64,000 nt of DNA, taken from positions 24,528-88,527 of the forward strand of contig CAWEMY010000003.1 in the NCBI GenBank assembly GCA_963810305.1, read 5' to 3'. Every line of letters starts with the position of its first letter. Position 1 is the stretch's first letter. A program made the translations under genes and the position numbers. The notes under the pieces are model-generated. The model saw only the letters and a program-made list of their open reading frames with translations. It did not search any database and had not been told where the DNA came from. This document shows, piece by piece, positions 42,693 through 51,038 of the stretch. The stretch is from an uncultured Acidobacteriota bacterium (GTDB lineage: Bacteria; Acidobacteriota; Vicinamibacteria; Vicinamibacterales; 2-12-FULL-66-21).

Positions 42693-43652
42693 GGCACCGA
42701 CTTCCTCGATCGGATGTTGCTGCTCACGCGCGCGCACCTCGTTGAACCAGCGGCGGCCACCGCGGTCCTCCTCGATCCAGCGGCGCGCGTAGGTGCCGTC
42801 CTGGATCTCCGCGAGCATCCGGCGCATCTCTTTGCGCGTGTCCTCGGTCACGATTCTCGGTCCGCCCGTGTAATCGCCATGCTCCGCGGTGTCGCTCACC
42901 GAGTAGCGCATGTAATTGAGCCCGCCTTGATACATCAGGTCGACGATCAGCTTCAGCTCGTGCAGGCACTCGAAGTACGCCACCTCCGGTTGATAGCCCG
43001 CCTCGGTGAGCGTCTCGAAGCCTGCCTTGACCAGCGCGCTGACGCCGCCGCACAGAACGGCCTGTTCGCCAAAAAGATCGGTCTCGGTTTCCTCGGCGAA
43101 CGTCGTTTCGATGACGCCTGCGCGCGTGACGCCGAGCGCCTTGGCGTATGAGAGCGCGAGCGCATGCGCCGCTCCGCTCGCGTCCTGATGGACGGCCAGG
43201 AGCGCCGGCGTTCCAGCCCCTTCCTCGAACAGCTCGCGCACCCGGTGGCCTGGCGCCTTGGGGGCGATCATCGAGACGTCAACATTACCGGGCAGGTCGA
43301 GCGTTCCGAACCTCACGTTGAACCCGTGCGCGAACATCAGCGTGTCACCGGAGCGCAAGTTCGGTCGGATCGCGTTCTTGAAGAGCGCCGCCTGCACCGT
43401 ATCCGGAACCAGCACCATGACCACGTCCGCCCAGTCGCAGGCCGCTGCCGGCTCGACGACGGTCAACCCCTGGGCGCGCGCCTTCGCGCACGACGGGCTG
43501 GTGGGCATGAGCCCCACGCGCACGGTGACGCCGCTGTCGCGCAGGTTCAACGCATGCGCATGTCCCTGGGATCCGTAGCCGAGGATGGCGACGTGACGTC
43601 CCCGGATGATGCCGAGGTCCGCGTCGCGGTCGTAGTAAACCGTTTCATTCAA
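42564..43652 (-). CDS. ilvC: Ketol-acid reductoisomerase
   Basis: '[24 protein letters not shown]', '[10 protein letters not shown]' and '[11 protein letters not shown]' are canonical class I KARI motifs. A non-conserved tail of about 33 aa overlaps pheA. Confidence 0.95.
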   Translation of the reverse strand: MNETVYYDRDADLGIIRGRHVAILGYGSQGHAHALNLRDSGVTVRVGLMPTSPSCAKARAQGLTVVEPAAACDWADVVMVLVPDTVQAALFKNAIRPNLRSGDTLMFAHGFNVRFGTLDLPGNVDVSMIAPKAPGHRVRELFEEGAGTPALLAVHQDASGAAHALALSYAKALGVTRAGVIETTFAEETETDLFGEQAVLCGGVSALVKAGFETLTEAGYQPEVAYFECLHELKLIVDLMYQGGLNYMRYSVSDTAEHGDYTGGPRIVTEDTRKEMRRMLAEIQDGTYARRWIEEDRGGRRWFNEVRAREQQHPIEEVGASLRAMMPFLRASRVNAPGGIAAENAHPAGEFAQVGNGAAALE

Positions 43653-43663
43653 TGCTCCCGAGT

Positions 43664-43688
43664 GCAGCCCTTAAGGGCTGGACTCGTC
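43664..43688. repeat. REP-like hairpin GCAGCCCTTAAGGGCTG-GACTCGTC in the ilvN-ilvC spacer
   Basis: It has the same core as the array at 48098-48204 and the copy inside ilvB. Confidence 0.8.
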
Positions 43689-43690
43689 AG

Positions 43691-44215
43691 TTACACCGAA
43701 TACGAAATGCCTTCATCGACTTCGAGCGCCACTGAAGGACGCTCGATGCTCTCTGCTCCGCTGCCGCGGGCGATCGCGATCCTTCCCGTGCGGACCATTT
43801 CCAGCACGCCATACGGTCGCAGCACCTCGAGCAGACCGTCGATCTTCGCTTCCGACCCGCTCATCTCGAGGACGATCGATTCCGGTGCAACGTCGACGAT
43901 GCGGGCGTTGAAGACGTGGGCAAGCTGCACGATGGACGACCGCGTCTGCTGATCCGCTGTCACCTTGATGAGCGCCAGGTCGCGGACGATCGCCGGCCGG
44001 GTCGTGATGTCCTCGACGCGGAGCACGTTGACGAGTTTGTAGAGATGCGCCTGGATCCGCTGAGCGCCGCCCGGATCGGTCTGCACGACCGCCGTCATCC
44101 GTGACACGCCCGGAACTTCACTGGAGCCGACCGCCAGCGAGTGAATGTTGAACCCGCGGCGCCTGAACAGCGACGCGACCCGGTTCAGCACGCCAGGCCT
44201 GTCTTCGACATACAC
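43691..44215 (-). CDS. ilvN: Acetolactate synthase small (regulatory) subunit
   Basis: 'VYVEDRPGVLNRVASLFRRRGFNIHSLAVG' contains the ACT domain. The GTG start at 44215 is probably a few codons short ('RLHTFA' is in frame upstream but lacks a start codon). Confidence 0.9.
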   Translation of the reverse strand: MYVEDRPGVLNRVASLFRRRGFNIHSLAVGSSEVPGVSRMTAVVQTDPGGAQRIQAHLYKLVNVLRVEDITTRPAIVRDLALIKVTADQQTRSSIVQLAHVFNARIVDVAPESIVLEMSGSEAKIDGLLEVLRPYGVLEMVRTGRIAIARGSGAESIERPSVALEVDEGISYSV

Positions 44216-44246
44216 GGCAAAGGTGTGAAGACGTCACTTCGACTCC

Positions 44247-44295
44247 TAACTTCTAACTTCGATCACGTCTCATTGAGCCCCGAGCCTCGAGTCCG
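44247..44295. repeat. Short 7-nt-register tract (TAACTTC x2 ... GAGCCCC/GAGCCTC/GAGTCCG) in the ilvB-ilvN spacer
   Basis: Read directly. The units stay in one 7-nt register from 44247 to 44295. Confidence 0.55.
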
Positions 44296-44301
44296 AGCGG
44301 T

Positions 44302-46029
44302 CTAGTCCGCCGCCGTCTCGGCGATTGGGTTCGGTCTGCGGATCATCGCGTGGAGGTCGGCCCCTGCGGGAACCATCGGGTAGACGGTGTCTTCCTGCTC
44401 GACACGGAAGTCGATCACGACCGGGCCGTCGTGCGCGCGGGCGTCGGCGATGGCCGGCAGCACCTCGCCGCGGGTCGAGACCGCCGACGCGCGGATGCCG
44501 AACGACTCGGCCAGCTTCACGAAATCAGGACCGGAGAGCGGGGTGGCGGCATAGCGGCGCTCGTAGAAGAACTCCTGCCACTGTCGCACCATCCCAAGAA
44601 AGCCGTTGTTGATGATCGCCACCTTGATCGCGAGACGTTCCTGCACCGCCGTCGCCAGCTCGCACATCGTCATCTGGAAGCCGCCGTCGCCGACAATCGC
44701 CCAGACCTCCGCGTCAGGCCGCGCGCGCTTCGCGCCAATCGCCGCCGGCACGGCGAATCCCATCGTTCCCAGTCCTCCGGAGGTGATGAGGGAGCGAGGA
44801 GCATCATGGTGGTAGTACTGCGCCTCCCACATCTGGTGCTGGCCGACGTCGGTGACGATGATCGTGTCGGGTGGGCAGCCCTGAAGGGCTGGACTACGGC
44901 TGCGCCACAAATCGTTGATCACATGCGCGGCGTAGAGGTGTCCGTCGTCGGGCAACTGCTGAATGTCGCGGACCGCGGAGTCACCGCGCACGCTGGCGAT
45001 ACGCTCGGCCCACGCGGCCCGCTCGTTGAAGGCAATTGCCGGCAGCAGGCGCTCCAGCACATCGCGCAGGTCGCCGACGAGGCCGACGTCGACGCGCACG
45101 TTCTTGTTGATCTCCGCGGCGTCGATGTCGATATGGATCTTCTTTGCGTGTGGCGCGTAAGTCTTCAGATTGCCGGTCACGCGGTCGTCGAAGCGCATGC
45201 CGCATGCGAGCAGCAGGTCCGCCTCCTGGATCGCGGTGTTGACCCATGCCTCACCGTGCATCCCCATCATGCCGAGATTGAGAGGATGCGAGGCGGGGAA
45301 GCCGCCGATGCCGAGGAGCGTCACCGCGACCGGGATGTGCGCGCTCTCGGCAAGCTGGCGGACGTGATCCATGGCGCCCGAGATCAACACGCCGTGGCCG
45401 GCGAGAAGGACTGGACGCTCCGCGGCATTGAGGAGCGCAGCGGCGTGCCCAAGCTGTTCCTGCCCGATGGGGTGGGCATGTCGCCAGCCTGGGATCGTGG
45501 GCGCCGCCGCGCACCAGTCGAAGATGCACGATGCCTGTTGTGCGTCTTTGGTGATGTCGATGAGCACCGGGCCGGGCCTGCCCGCCTTTGCGATCACGAA
45601 CGCTTCGCGCACCGTCCTGGCGACGTCCTCGGCCCGGGTGACGAGGTAGTTGTGCTTCGTGACCGGCAGCGTGATGCCGGTGATGTCGATTTCCTGGAAG
45701 GCGTCGCTGCCGATCAAACGGCTGCCCACCTGGCCGGTGATGCACACGATCGGCGACGAATCCAGCATCGCGGTGGCGATGCCGGTGACCATGTTCGTCG
45801 CGCCCGGACCGGACGTTGCGATAGCGACGCCAACCCCGCCGCTGGCGCGGGCGTAGCCATCCGCCATGTGTGTCGCCCCCTGCTCGTGTCGCACTAACGT
45901 GTGGCGGATCGGGTAATCGAGCAGCGCATCGTACGCCGGCAGGATCGCTCCGCCCGGATAGCCGAAGACCTCCGTCACGCCTTCACGCACCAGCGACTCC
46001 CAGAGGATCTGTGCGCCCGTGAGTTTCAT
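44302..46029 (-). CDS. ilvB: Acetolactate synthase large (catalytic) subunit
   Basis: '[36 protein letters not shown]' and '[17 protein letters not shown]...GDGGFQMT' (ThDP motif) identify it. I set the start to ATG at 46029, which overlaps the ilvD stop as ATGA. Confidence 0.95.
   Translation of the reverse strand: MKLTGAQILWESLVREGVTEVFGYPGGAILPAYDALLDYPIRHTLVRHEQGATHMADGYARASGGVGVAIATSGPGATNMVTGIATAMLDSSPIVCITGQVGSRLIGSDAFQEIDITGITLPVTKHNYLVTRAEDVARTVREAFVIAKAGRPGPVLIDITKDAQQASCIFDWCAAAPTIPGWRHAHPIGQEQLGHAAALLNAAERPVLLAGHGVLISGAMDHVRQLAESAHIPVAVTLLGIGGFPASHPLNLGMMGMHGEAWVNTAIQEADLLLACGMRFDDRVTGNLKTYAPHAKKIHIDIDAAEINKNVRVDVGLVGDLRDVLERLLPAIAFNERAAWAERIASVRGDSAVRDIQQLPDDGHLYAAHVINDLWRSRSPALQGCPPDTIIVTDVGQHQMWEAQYYHHDAPRSLITSGGLGTMGFAVPAAIGAKRARPDAEVWAIVGDGGFQMTMCELATAVQERLAIKVAIINNGFLGMVRQWQEFFYERRYAATPLSGPDFVKLAESFGIRASAVSTRGEVLPAIADARAHDGPVVIDFRVEQEDTVYPMVPAGADLHAMIRRPNPIAETAAD
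44875..44899. repeat. REP-like hairpin element embedded in frame in ilvB
   Basis: 'gcagccctgaagggctggactacgg' reads on the coding strand as CCGTAGTCCAGCCCTTCAGGGCTGC and is translated 'RSPALQGC'. Confidence 0.8.
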
Positions 46030-47708
46030 GCGGTGACAGCTCCCCTGGAGGCGCACGACACCAGCCGCGCGTACTTGGCCATCACGCCGCGGGTGTGACG
46101 CGGAGGGGGTTGCACCCACGCCGCCAGCCGTTCGGCGATGCGTGAAGGCGCGAGCTCGACGCTGATCGAACGCGCACCGGTGTCGATCGAGATCACGTCA
46201 TCGTCACGGACGGCCGCGATCGGACCGCCAGCGGCCGCCTCGGGCGCGACGTGCCCCGCCATGAGCCCACGCGTTGCCCCTGAAAACCGGCCATCCGTCA
46301 CGAGCGCAACAGAACCGCCGAGGCCCGCGCCGACAATCGCCGCTGTGACGCCAAGCATTTCGCGCATGCCCGGCCCCCCGCGAGGGCCTTCATAACGAAC
46401 GACCACGACATCACCCGCACGAATGCGTCCCTGCTGGACTGCCGCAAACGCGTCCTCTTCACGATCGAACACGCGCGCCCGGCCACGGTGCGTGGCGTGG
46501 TCCTCGCCGGCGACTTTGACGACGCATCCGTCGGGCGCGAGATTGCCGCGCAGAATGACGAGGCCGCCGGTGGGTTTGAGCGGGTCCGTCGCGGTACGGA
46601 CGACGATCTGACCGGGCGTTTCCGCTGCACCGGCAGCTTCCTCGGCGAGGGTCCGCCCGGTGACCGTCACCGCATCGCCATGAAGCGCCCCGGCCTCCAG
46701 CAGGCGCCGCGCCACCAGTCGCACGCCTCCCGCGGCGTGCAGATCGGTAGCGACGAATCGGCCTCCCGGCTTGAGATCGGCAATGAGCGGCACCCGGGCG
46801 CTGACCCGATCGAAGTCGTCCAGCGTGAGCGCGACATCGGCCTCGCAGGCGATGGCGGTCAGATGCAGGACGGCGTTGGTCGATCCACCTGTCGCTGCGA
46901 CGCAGGCGATCGCGTTCTCCAGCGACTGCCTGGTAATGATTTGGCTTGGTCGCCGATCGGCGGAGAGGACGTCCATCACCAGCGCGCCGGCCCGTTCCGC
47001 GACCGTTCCCTTGTTGCGATCGGCGGCGGGAACGTCGCCGCTGCCCATCGGCGCCAGCCCGAGAAACTCGCAGGCCGTGGCCATCGTGTTCGCCGTGAAC
47101 TGACCGCCGCAGGCGCCTGCACCCGGGCACGCACGATCCTCGAGATCGCAGAGCCCCTCGTCGGAGAGGCGGCCGGCCGCGTGCGCGCCGACGCCTTCGA
47201 AGACATCCTGGATGGTGACGTCGCGCCCGTCGACACGTCCCGGCGCAATCGACCCGCCGTACAGAATCAGGCCGGGAATATCGAGACGGGCAAGCGCCAT
47301 CGCGGCGGCGGGGATCGTCTTGTCACAACCGACGAGAATCACGAGGGCGTCGAACAGGTTGCCTCGCGCCACCAGCTCGATCGAATCCGCGATCACCTCG
47401 CGGCTGACGAGCGAGGCTCGCATGCCAGGGGAGCCCATCGTGATGCCGTCGGAGATGGAGATCGTGTTGAACTCCATCGGCGTGCCACCCGCCGCGCGGA
47501 TGCCGTCCTTGACGTGCTGCGCCAGGTCGCGCAGGTGGTAGTTGCAGGGGCCGATCTCGATCCAGGTGTTGGCGACGCCGACGATGGGCCGGGAGAGCGC
47601 CTCGCGATCGAAGCCGGCGGCGCGCAGCATCGCGCGCGCCGGCGCGCGGCTCGGGCCGTCAGTGATCGCGCCGCTCTGCCACTTGCCGGGACGGTGCACA
47701 GCAGCCAT
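46026..47708 (-). CDS. ilvD: Dihydroxy-acid dehydratase
   Basis: '[19 protein letters not shown]', '[17 protein letters not shown]', '[11 protein letters not shown]' and '[14 protein letters not shown]' are canonical IlvD motifs. Confidence 0.95.
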   Translation of the reverse strand: MAAVHRPGKWQSGAITDGPSRAPARAMLRAAGFDREALSRPIVGVANTWIEIGPCNYHLRDLAQHVKDGIRAAGGTPMEFNTISISDGITMGSPGMRASLVSREVIADSIELVARGNLFDALVILVGCDKTIPAAAMALARLDIPGLILYGGSIAPGRVDGRDVTIQDVFEGVGAHAAGRLSDEGLCDLEDRACPGAGACGGQFTANTMATACEFLGLAPMGSGDVPAADRNKGTVAERAGALVMDVLSADRRPSQIITRQSLENAIACVAATGGSTNAVLHLTAIACEADVALTLDDFDRVSARVPLIADLKPGGRFVATDLHAAGGVRLVARRLLEAGALHGDAVTVTGRTLAEEAAGAAETPGQIVVRTATDPLKPTGGLVILRGNLAPDGCVVKVAGEDHATHRGRARVFDREEDAFAAVQQGRIRAGDVVVVRYEGPRGGPGMREMLGVTAAIVGAGLGGSVALVTDGRFSGATRGLMAGHVAPEAAAGGPIAAVRDDDVISIDTGARSISVELAPSRIAERLAAWVQPPPRHTRGVMAKYARLVSCASRGAVTA

Positions 47709-47781
47709 CCTGCGACGAGCGGCAGGTAGAAATCAAACTTATTTAATTTCTGAAATGATAAGCAATAATAATGAACGTCAA
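47709..47781 (-). promoter_or_regulatory. AT-rich island upstream of ilvD with promoter-like hexamers and a short inverted repeat
   Basis: The minus strand reads 'TTGACGttcattattattgctTATCATttcAGAAATtaaataagtttgATTTCTacc...ATG'. This composition contrasts sharply with the GC-rich surroundings. The hexamer spacing is not ideal. Confidence 0.45.
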
Positions 47782-48077
47782 TCCGGATTGATATATCGGT
47801 ACAGCAGGCGGATCAGCGTGTAGGCCCTGGGCATCGTGTCGGCGGTGAAGACGATGGTGTCGGGCGCAGGACGCTGCATGCCGGGGAGGTTCTCGGCGAC
47901 CTCCGGGATCGACACGTCCTGGAACTGCATTTCAACCTTGTAGCTCGCTGCCCGGCGCGTGGGAAATTTCTTTGCGCCCGACACACCCTCGCGGGCGGCG
48001 GCTTCGATCTCACGGTGTACTTCGCTGAACGGACGCAGCTCCACCGCGCGCGGGTTGATCGCGCGCTTCACGGCCAC
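47778..48077 (-). CDS. Hypothetical protein (99 aa)
   Basis: It is an uninterrupted ORF with protein-like composition, lying between the REP array and the ilvD promoter region. I recognise no family. Confidence 0.5.
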   Translation of the reverse strand: MAVKRAINPRAVELRPFSEVHREIEAAAREGVSGAKKFPTRRAASYKVEMQFQDVSIPEVAENLPGMQRPAPDTIVFTADTMPRAYTLIRLLYRYINPD

Positions 48078-48097
48078 CGTTTTAGCGGTCGTCGCGA

Positions 48098-48204
48098 CCT
48101 AAAGGGCTGGACTACGACTATGGCAGCCCTAAAGGGCTGGACTACGACTGTGGCAGCCCTGAAGGGCTGGACTCGACGGGCAGCCCTAAAGGGCTGGACT
48201 ACGG
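48098..48204. repeat. Tandem array of four REP-like hairpins (GCAGCCCTAAAGGGCTG-GACTACGAC)
   Basis: Copies start at about 48098 (left arm truncated), 48124, 48154 and 48180, giving periods of 30, 30 and 26 nt. On the minus strand each reads GTAG/GTCG + TCCAGCCCTTTAGGGCTGC. The last copy's TAG is the stop codon of the dehydrogenase gene (48199-48201). Confidence 0.9.
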
Positions 48205-49073
48205 GAGTCCCGCCATTTCGAAGATGACCGTCGCCAGCGCCGAGTAGTCCATGTCCCCTTTGTCCGCCGCGAGCTTCTCGACCAGTTGCTGGACGACGGC
48301 GGATGCTGGCGCGGGAGAGTCGTGGGCCGTAAGGGTCTCGGCCGCAATGCGCATGTCCTTGCGTACAGCGCCGCCCGGAATCCCGGTGTGTAGTTCGATT
48401 TCAGGATGCGTTCGCCGTGGACTTCGAGGACGCGGCTGGCGGCGAATCCGCCGAGGAGCGCGTCGCGAACGCGGGCCGCGTCCACGCCAGCCTTGCGGGC
48501 GAGCGCGAACGCCTCCGACACGGCGACCAGCGTGCCGCCGATCACCATTTGATTGCACACCTTGCAGATCTGCCCGGCGCCGGAATCGCCAATGCGGATC
48601 ACTTTCTCGGGATTGCCGACGGCGTCGAGCAGCGGCTTCACGACCGCGAACGCCTCTGCACCGCCGCCCACCATGATCGACAGCGTGCCGTCGATCGCGC
48701 CGATCTCGCCGCCGCTCACTGGCGCGTCCAGCATCGCCGCGCCGAGGGTTCGCGCCCTGGCGGCAAGCCGGCGCGCAACCGCCGGAGAGATGCTGCTGGT
48801 GTCGATGATGATCGTGCCGGGCTGCAGCGCGCCGAAGATGCCGTCGGGGCCCTCGAGGACATGCTCGACGTCCGGCGAATCGGGGAGCATCGTGAAGATG
48901 CGCGTCGCACGCCGTGCAACGTCGGCCGGCGAAGTGGCGCGCTCGGCTCCTGCGGCAACCAGTTCGTCGACTGGTGCAGGGCTGCGGCTGTGGACCACCA
49001 ATGGAAAACCAGCCTTCAGCAGGTTCTTCGCCATCGGTTTTCCCATCAGACCAAGGCCTATGAATCCGATCAT
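48199..49073 (-). CDS. NAD(P)-dependent 3-hydroxyisobutyrate / tartronate-semialdehyde-reductase-family dehydrogenase, one frame break near 48360
   Basis: 'MIGFIGLGLMGKPMAKNL', 'DAPVSGGEIGA' and 'GAGQICKVCNQMV' identify the family. ORF 48186..49094 loses sense after '...TPGFRAALYA'. The frame of ORF 48199..49425 continues 'KDMRIAAETLTAHDSPAPASAVVQQL...'. One missing A joins them. Confidence 0.85.
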
Positions 49074-49672
49074 CGCGACACCTTCTCCAGCCAACGTTCG
49101 ACGTCCTGACGAAAATCTTCCGACTTCGCGCCTTCGCTGCGCACATCATCCTCCATGTGCGCGACCTCGAACAGGTGGACGAAAAAGTCGACGAGCTGGA
49201 CTCGGTCGACCGAGGACCGAACCCGGGACGGCGGGCCACCGCTGATCTCGATCCCGAAGATTTCACCTGCGGATTCGGCCAGCAGCTCCAGAAACAGCTG
49301 CTCGGTATCGATCTCCGAATCGCGGCGTCCCGACGCAAGGATGCGCGATTCCTCTGGGCTCGAATCGCAGAACAACCTGACGCCCGCGCCGAGCGGCAGC
49401 AGCCACAGCTCCCACCAGGCGCCATCGTCCCATCGGAAGTGCAGGAGGGTCCGCGATTTCAACGTGGAGATGTCGAAGCGCGCCGCGTCATGTTCGAGCG
49501 CACGGCGGATGAGCCGATCGAGGACGAGCGGCTCTCTGGGGATGCGCAGCGGCCAGACCGTCTCACGCGTCCTGAACTGTTTCACCGCGCCCTCGAGCGT
49601 CGCGAGAACCTTCTGATGAAGCAATTGAACTATGAACGATGAACTATGAACTATGAACGTCGCCCCGCGCAC
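49070..49672 (-). CDS. Hypothetical protein; N-terminus runs into the 7-nt repeat array, so the start is uncertain (TTG 49624 possible)
   Basis: It is an uninterrupted ORF. Its stop overlaps the downstream ATG (ATGA-type overlap at 49070-49073). The first 16 codons ('RGATFIVHSSSFIV') are encoded by ATGAACT-type repeats. Confidence 0.5.
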   Translation of the reverse strand: MRGATFIVHSSSFIVQLLHQKVLATLEGAVKQFRTRETVWPLRIPREPLVLDRLIRRALEHDAARFDISTLKSRTLLHFRWDDGAWWELWLLPLGAGVRLFCDSSPEESRILASGRRDSEIDTEQLFLELLAESAGEIFGIEISGGPPSRVRSSVDRVQLVDFFVHLFEVAHMEDDVRSEGAKSEDFRQDVERWLEKVSR

Positions 49673-49701
49673 TGCGCACTGCGCGCCGCGCCTTGCGCCC
49701 C
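49625..49701. repeat. Eleven 7-nt units in one register (TTGAACT/ATGAACG/ATGAACT... then GCGCACT/GCGCGCC/GCGCCCC)
   Basis: Read directly. It is the reverse-complement arrangement of the composite at 20908-21019. Confidence 0.85.
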
Positions 49702-49702
49702 G

Positions 49703-50992
49703 CTATTTCCTGACCATCGATGCGATTCGTGCGGTCTGCCCGTCGATCCCGTTCGCCGGACGGAGGCCGAGCTGCTCGGTCATGAACGGATACACGTCCA
49801 CGTTGTCGATCGGATCGATCACGGTGCCGGCGCGGATCTGGGGGCCCATCGCGACGAATACTGCGCGCATGGCAGGAACAGCCGGGTCCCAGCCGTGTGC
49901 GCCGCGACGTCCGACCTGGACCAGTTTTGCCGCGGCCCGCTTCAGCGTCCACGGTTCGTCCATGACGACGATGACATCGCCGGCGCGCGGGTGCGCAGCG
50001 TAGTGATAGCGCTCGGGAAGTTCGGCGCGGAGGTAAGCGCGCCCGTGGCGGAGACGCGCGTTGAGGTCGTCGCGCAGCTGCGCGGCGCGCGTTGCATCGC
50101 TGCCGGCAACATGGAAGCTCGTCACCGGACCAACGAAGGTCTGCTCGACACCGCTGAGATCCACGAGCGATTCAATGGTGATGGAACGGCTCCACGACGT
50201 ATCGACCATTCCGTGATCGCTGGTGATGACCAGGTTGACTTGCGATCCGAAGGGCAGCGCGTCGATGCCATCGATGAGCGCACCAATGCTGGTGTCGAGC
50301 GAACGCGCCGCTGTTTCGATCCTCGGGGAGTCGAGCGCGTTCCGATGTGAGGCGGTATCGAGCTCGCTGAAGTACAAGGTGATCACGTGCGGCCGGCGGT
50401 CCGCCGGCAACCACAGCCAGTCGAGCGTGCGTCTCACCCGCTCGTCGTTCGGCGTAGCTTCGTCGTAAGGCATGAAGAACGTCGGACGGACGCCGTTGAT
50501 GGCGGCTTCGGATCCTGGCCAGAAGTAGCACGCGGCAACCATCCCCTGGGTCTCGGCGGTGACCCAGATCGGTTCTCCGCGGTACCAGGTGCCGTCGGTG
50601 ACCGCCGCTCCCTCGTGCATGGCGTACTTCTGCCGGCGGGCCGGGTCGTAGAAACTGTTGCCGACGATCCCGTGTTTCTCCGGGTGCAGACCGGTGACGA
50701 GTGAGTAGTGATTGGGAAAGGTCAGTGACGGAAAGACCGGGTTCATCCACTTCGCACGAGCGCCGCGCTTCATTACACGTCCGAGGTTCGGCAGCCTGAA
50801 TCGATCGAGATAGTCAGCGCGAAAGCCGTCCAGCGAAACCAGGATCAGATACGGCTTCTCGCGTTGATCCGGAGTGTTGACCCCGCCAGTGCCGGCCTGT
50901 GCGCCGGCGAGCGCGAGGGCGCAAAGGAAGACAAACACAGAGGCACAGAGGACACAGAGGACTTTTTTCAGGAGAAACCTCGCATCCCGCAT
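49703..50992 (-). CDS. Ectonucleotide pyrophosphatase/phosphodiesterase (NPP, alkaline-phosphatase superfamily)
   Basis: 'PYLILVSLDGFRADYLDRF', 'PSLTFPNHYSLVTGLHPEKHGIVGN', 'ELDTASH' and 'ITSDHGM' match the family. I set the start to ATG at 50992, giving signal peptide 'MRDARFLLKKVLCVLCASVFVFLCALALAGAQA'. Confidence 0.9.
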   Translation of the reverse strand: MRDARFLLKKVLCVLCASVFVFLCALALAGAQAGTGGVNTPDQREKPYLILVSLDGFRADYLDRFRLPNLGRVMKRGARAKWMNPVFPSLTFPNHYSLVTGLHPEKHGIVGNSFYDPARRQKYAMHEGAAVTDGTWYRGEPIWVTAETQGMVAACYFWPGSEAAINGVRPTFFMPYDEATPNDERVRRTLDWLWLPADRRPHVITLYFSELDTASHRNALDSPRIETAARSLDTSIGALIDGIDALPFGSQVNLVITSDHGMVDTSWSRSITIESLVDLSGVEQTFVGPVTSFHVAGSDATRAAQLRDDLNARLRHGRAYLRAELPERYHYAAHPRAGDVIVVMDEPWTLKRAAAKLVQVGRRGAHGWDPAVPAMRAVFVAMGPQIRAGTVIDPIDNVDVYPFMTEQLGLRPANGIDGQTARIASMVRK

Positions 50993-51037
50993 TCCGCACC
51001 GCGCCCCGCGAACCGCGCCCCGCGCACCACGCACCGC
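50934..51037. repeat. CACAGAGG half-element (50934-50961) followed by eight 7-nt GC-rich units (GCATCCC/GCATTCC/GCACCGC/GCCCCGC..., 50982-51037)
   Basis: Read directly. It spans the 5' end of the NPP gene and the spacer to the upstream kinase stop (51039-51041). Confidence 0.8.
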
Positions 51038-51038
51038 G

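Noticed and set aside
44350-47729. 515-aa and 413-aa plus-strand ORFs (44350..45897, 46488..47729)
   Set aside because: They are antisense to ilvB and ilvD, which are unambiguous on the minus strand. These are shadow ORFs.
48098-48204. Possible mini-CRISPR array (four repeats with a period of about 30 nt)
   Set aside because: The repeats are about 25 nt with only 1-5 nt between them, so there are no spacers. The unit is dispersed singly elsewhere (43664, 44875) and no cas genes are present. It is a REP-type array instead. The 7-nt arrays are likewise far too short to be CRISPR.
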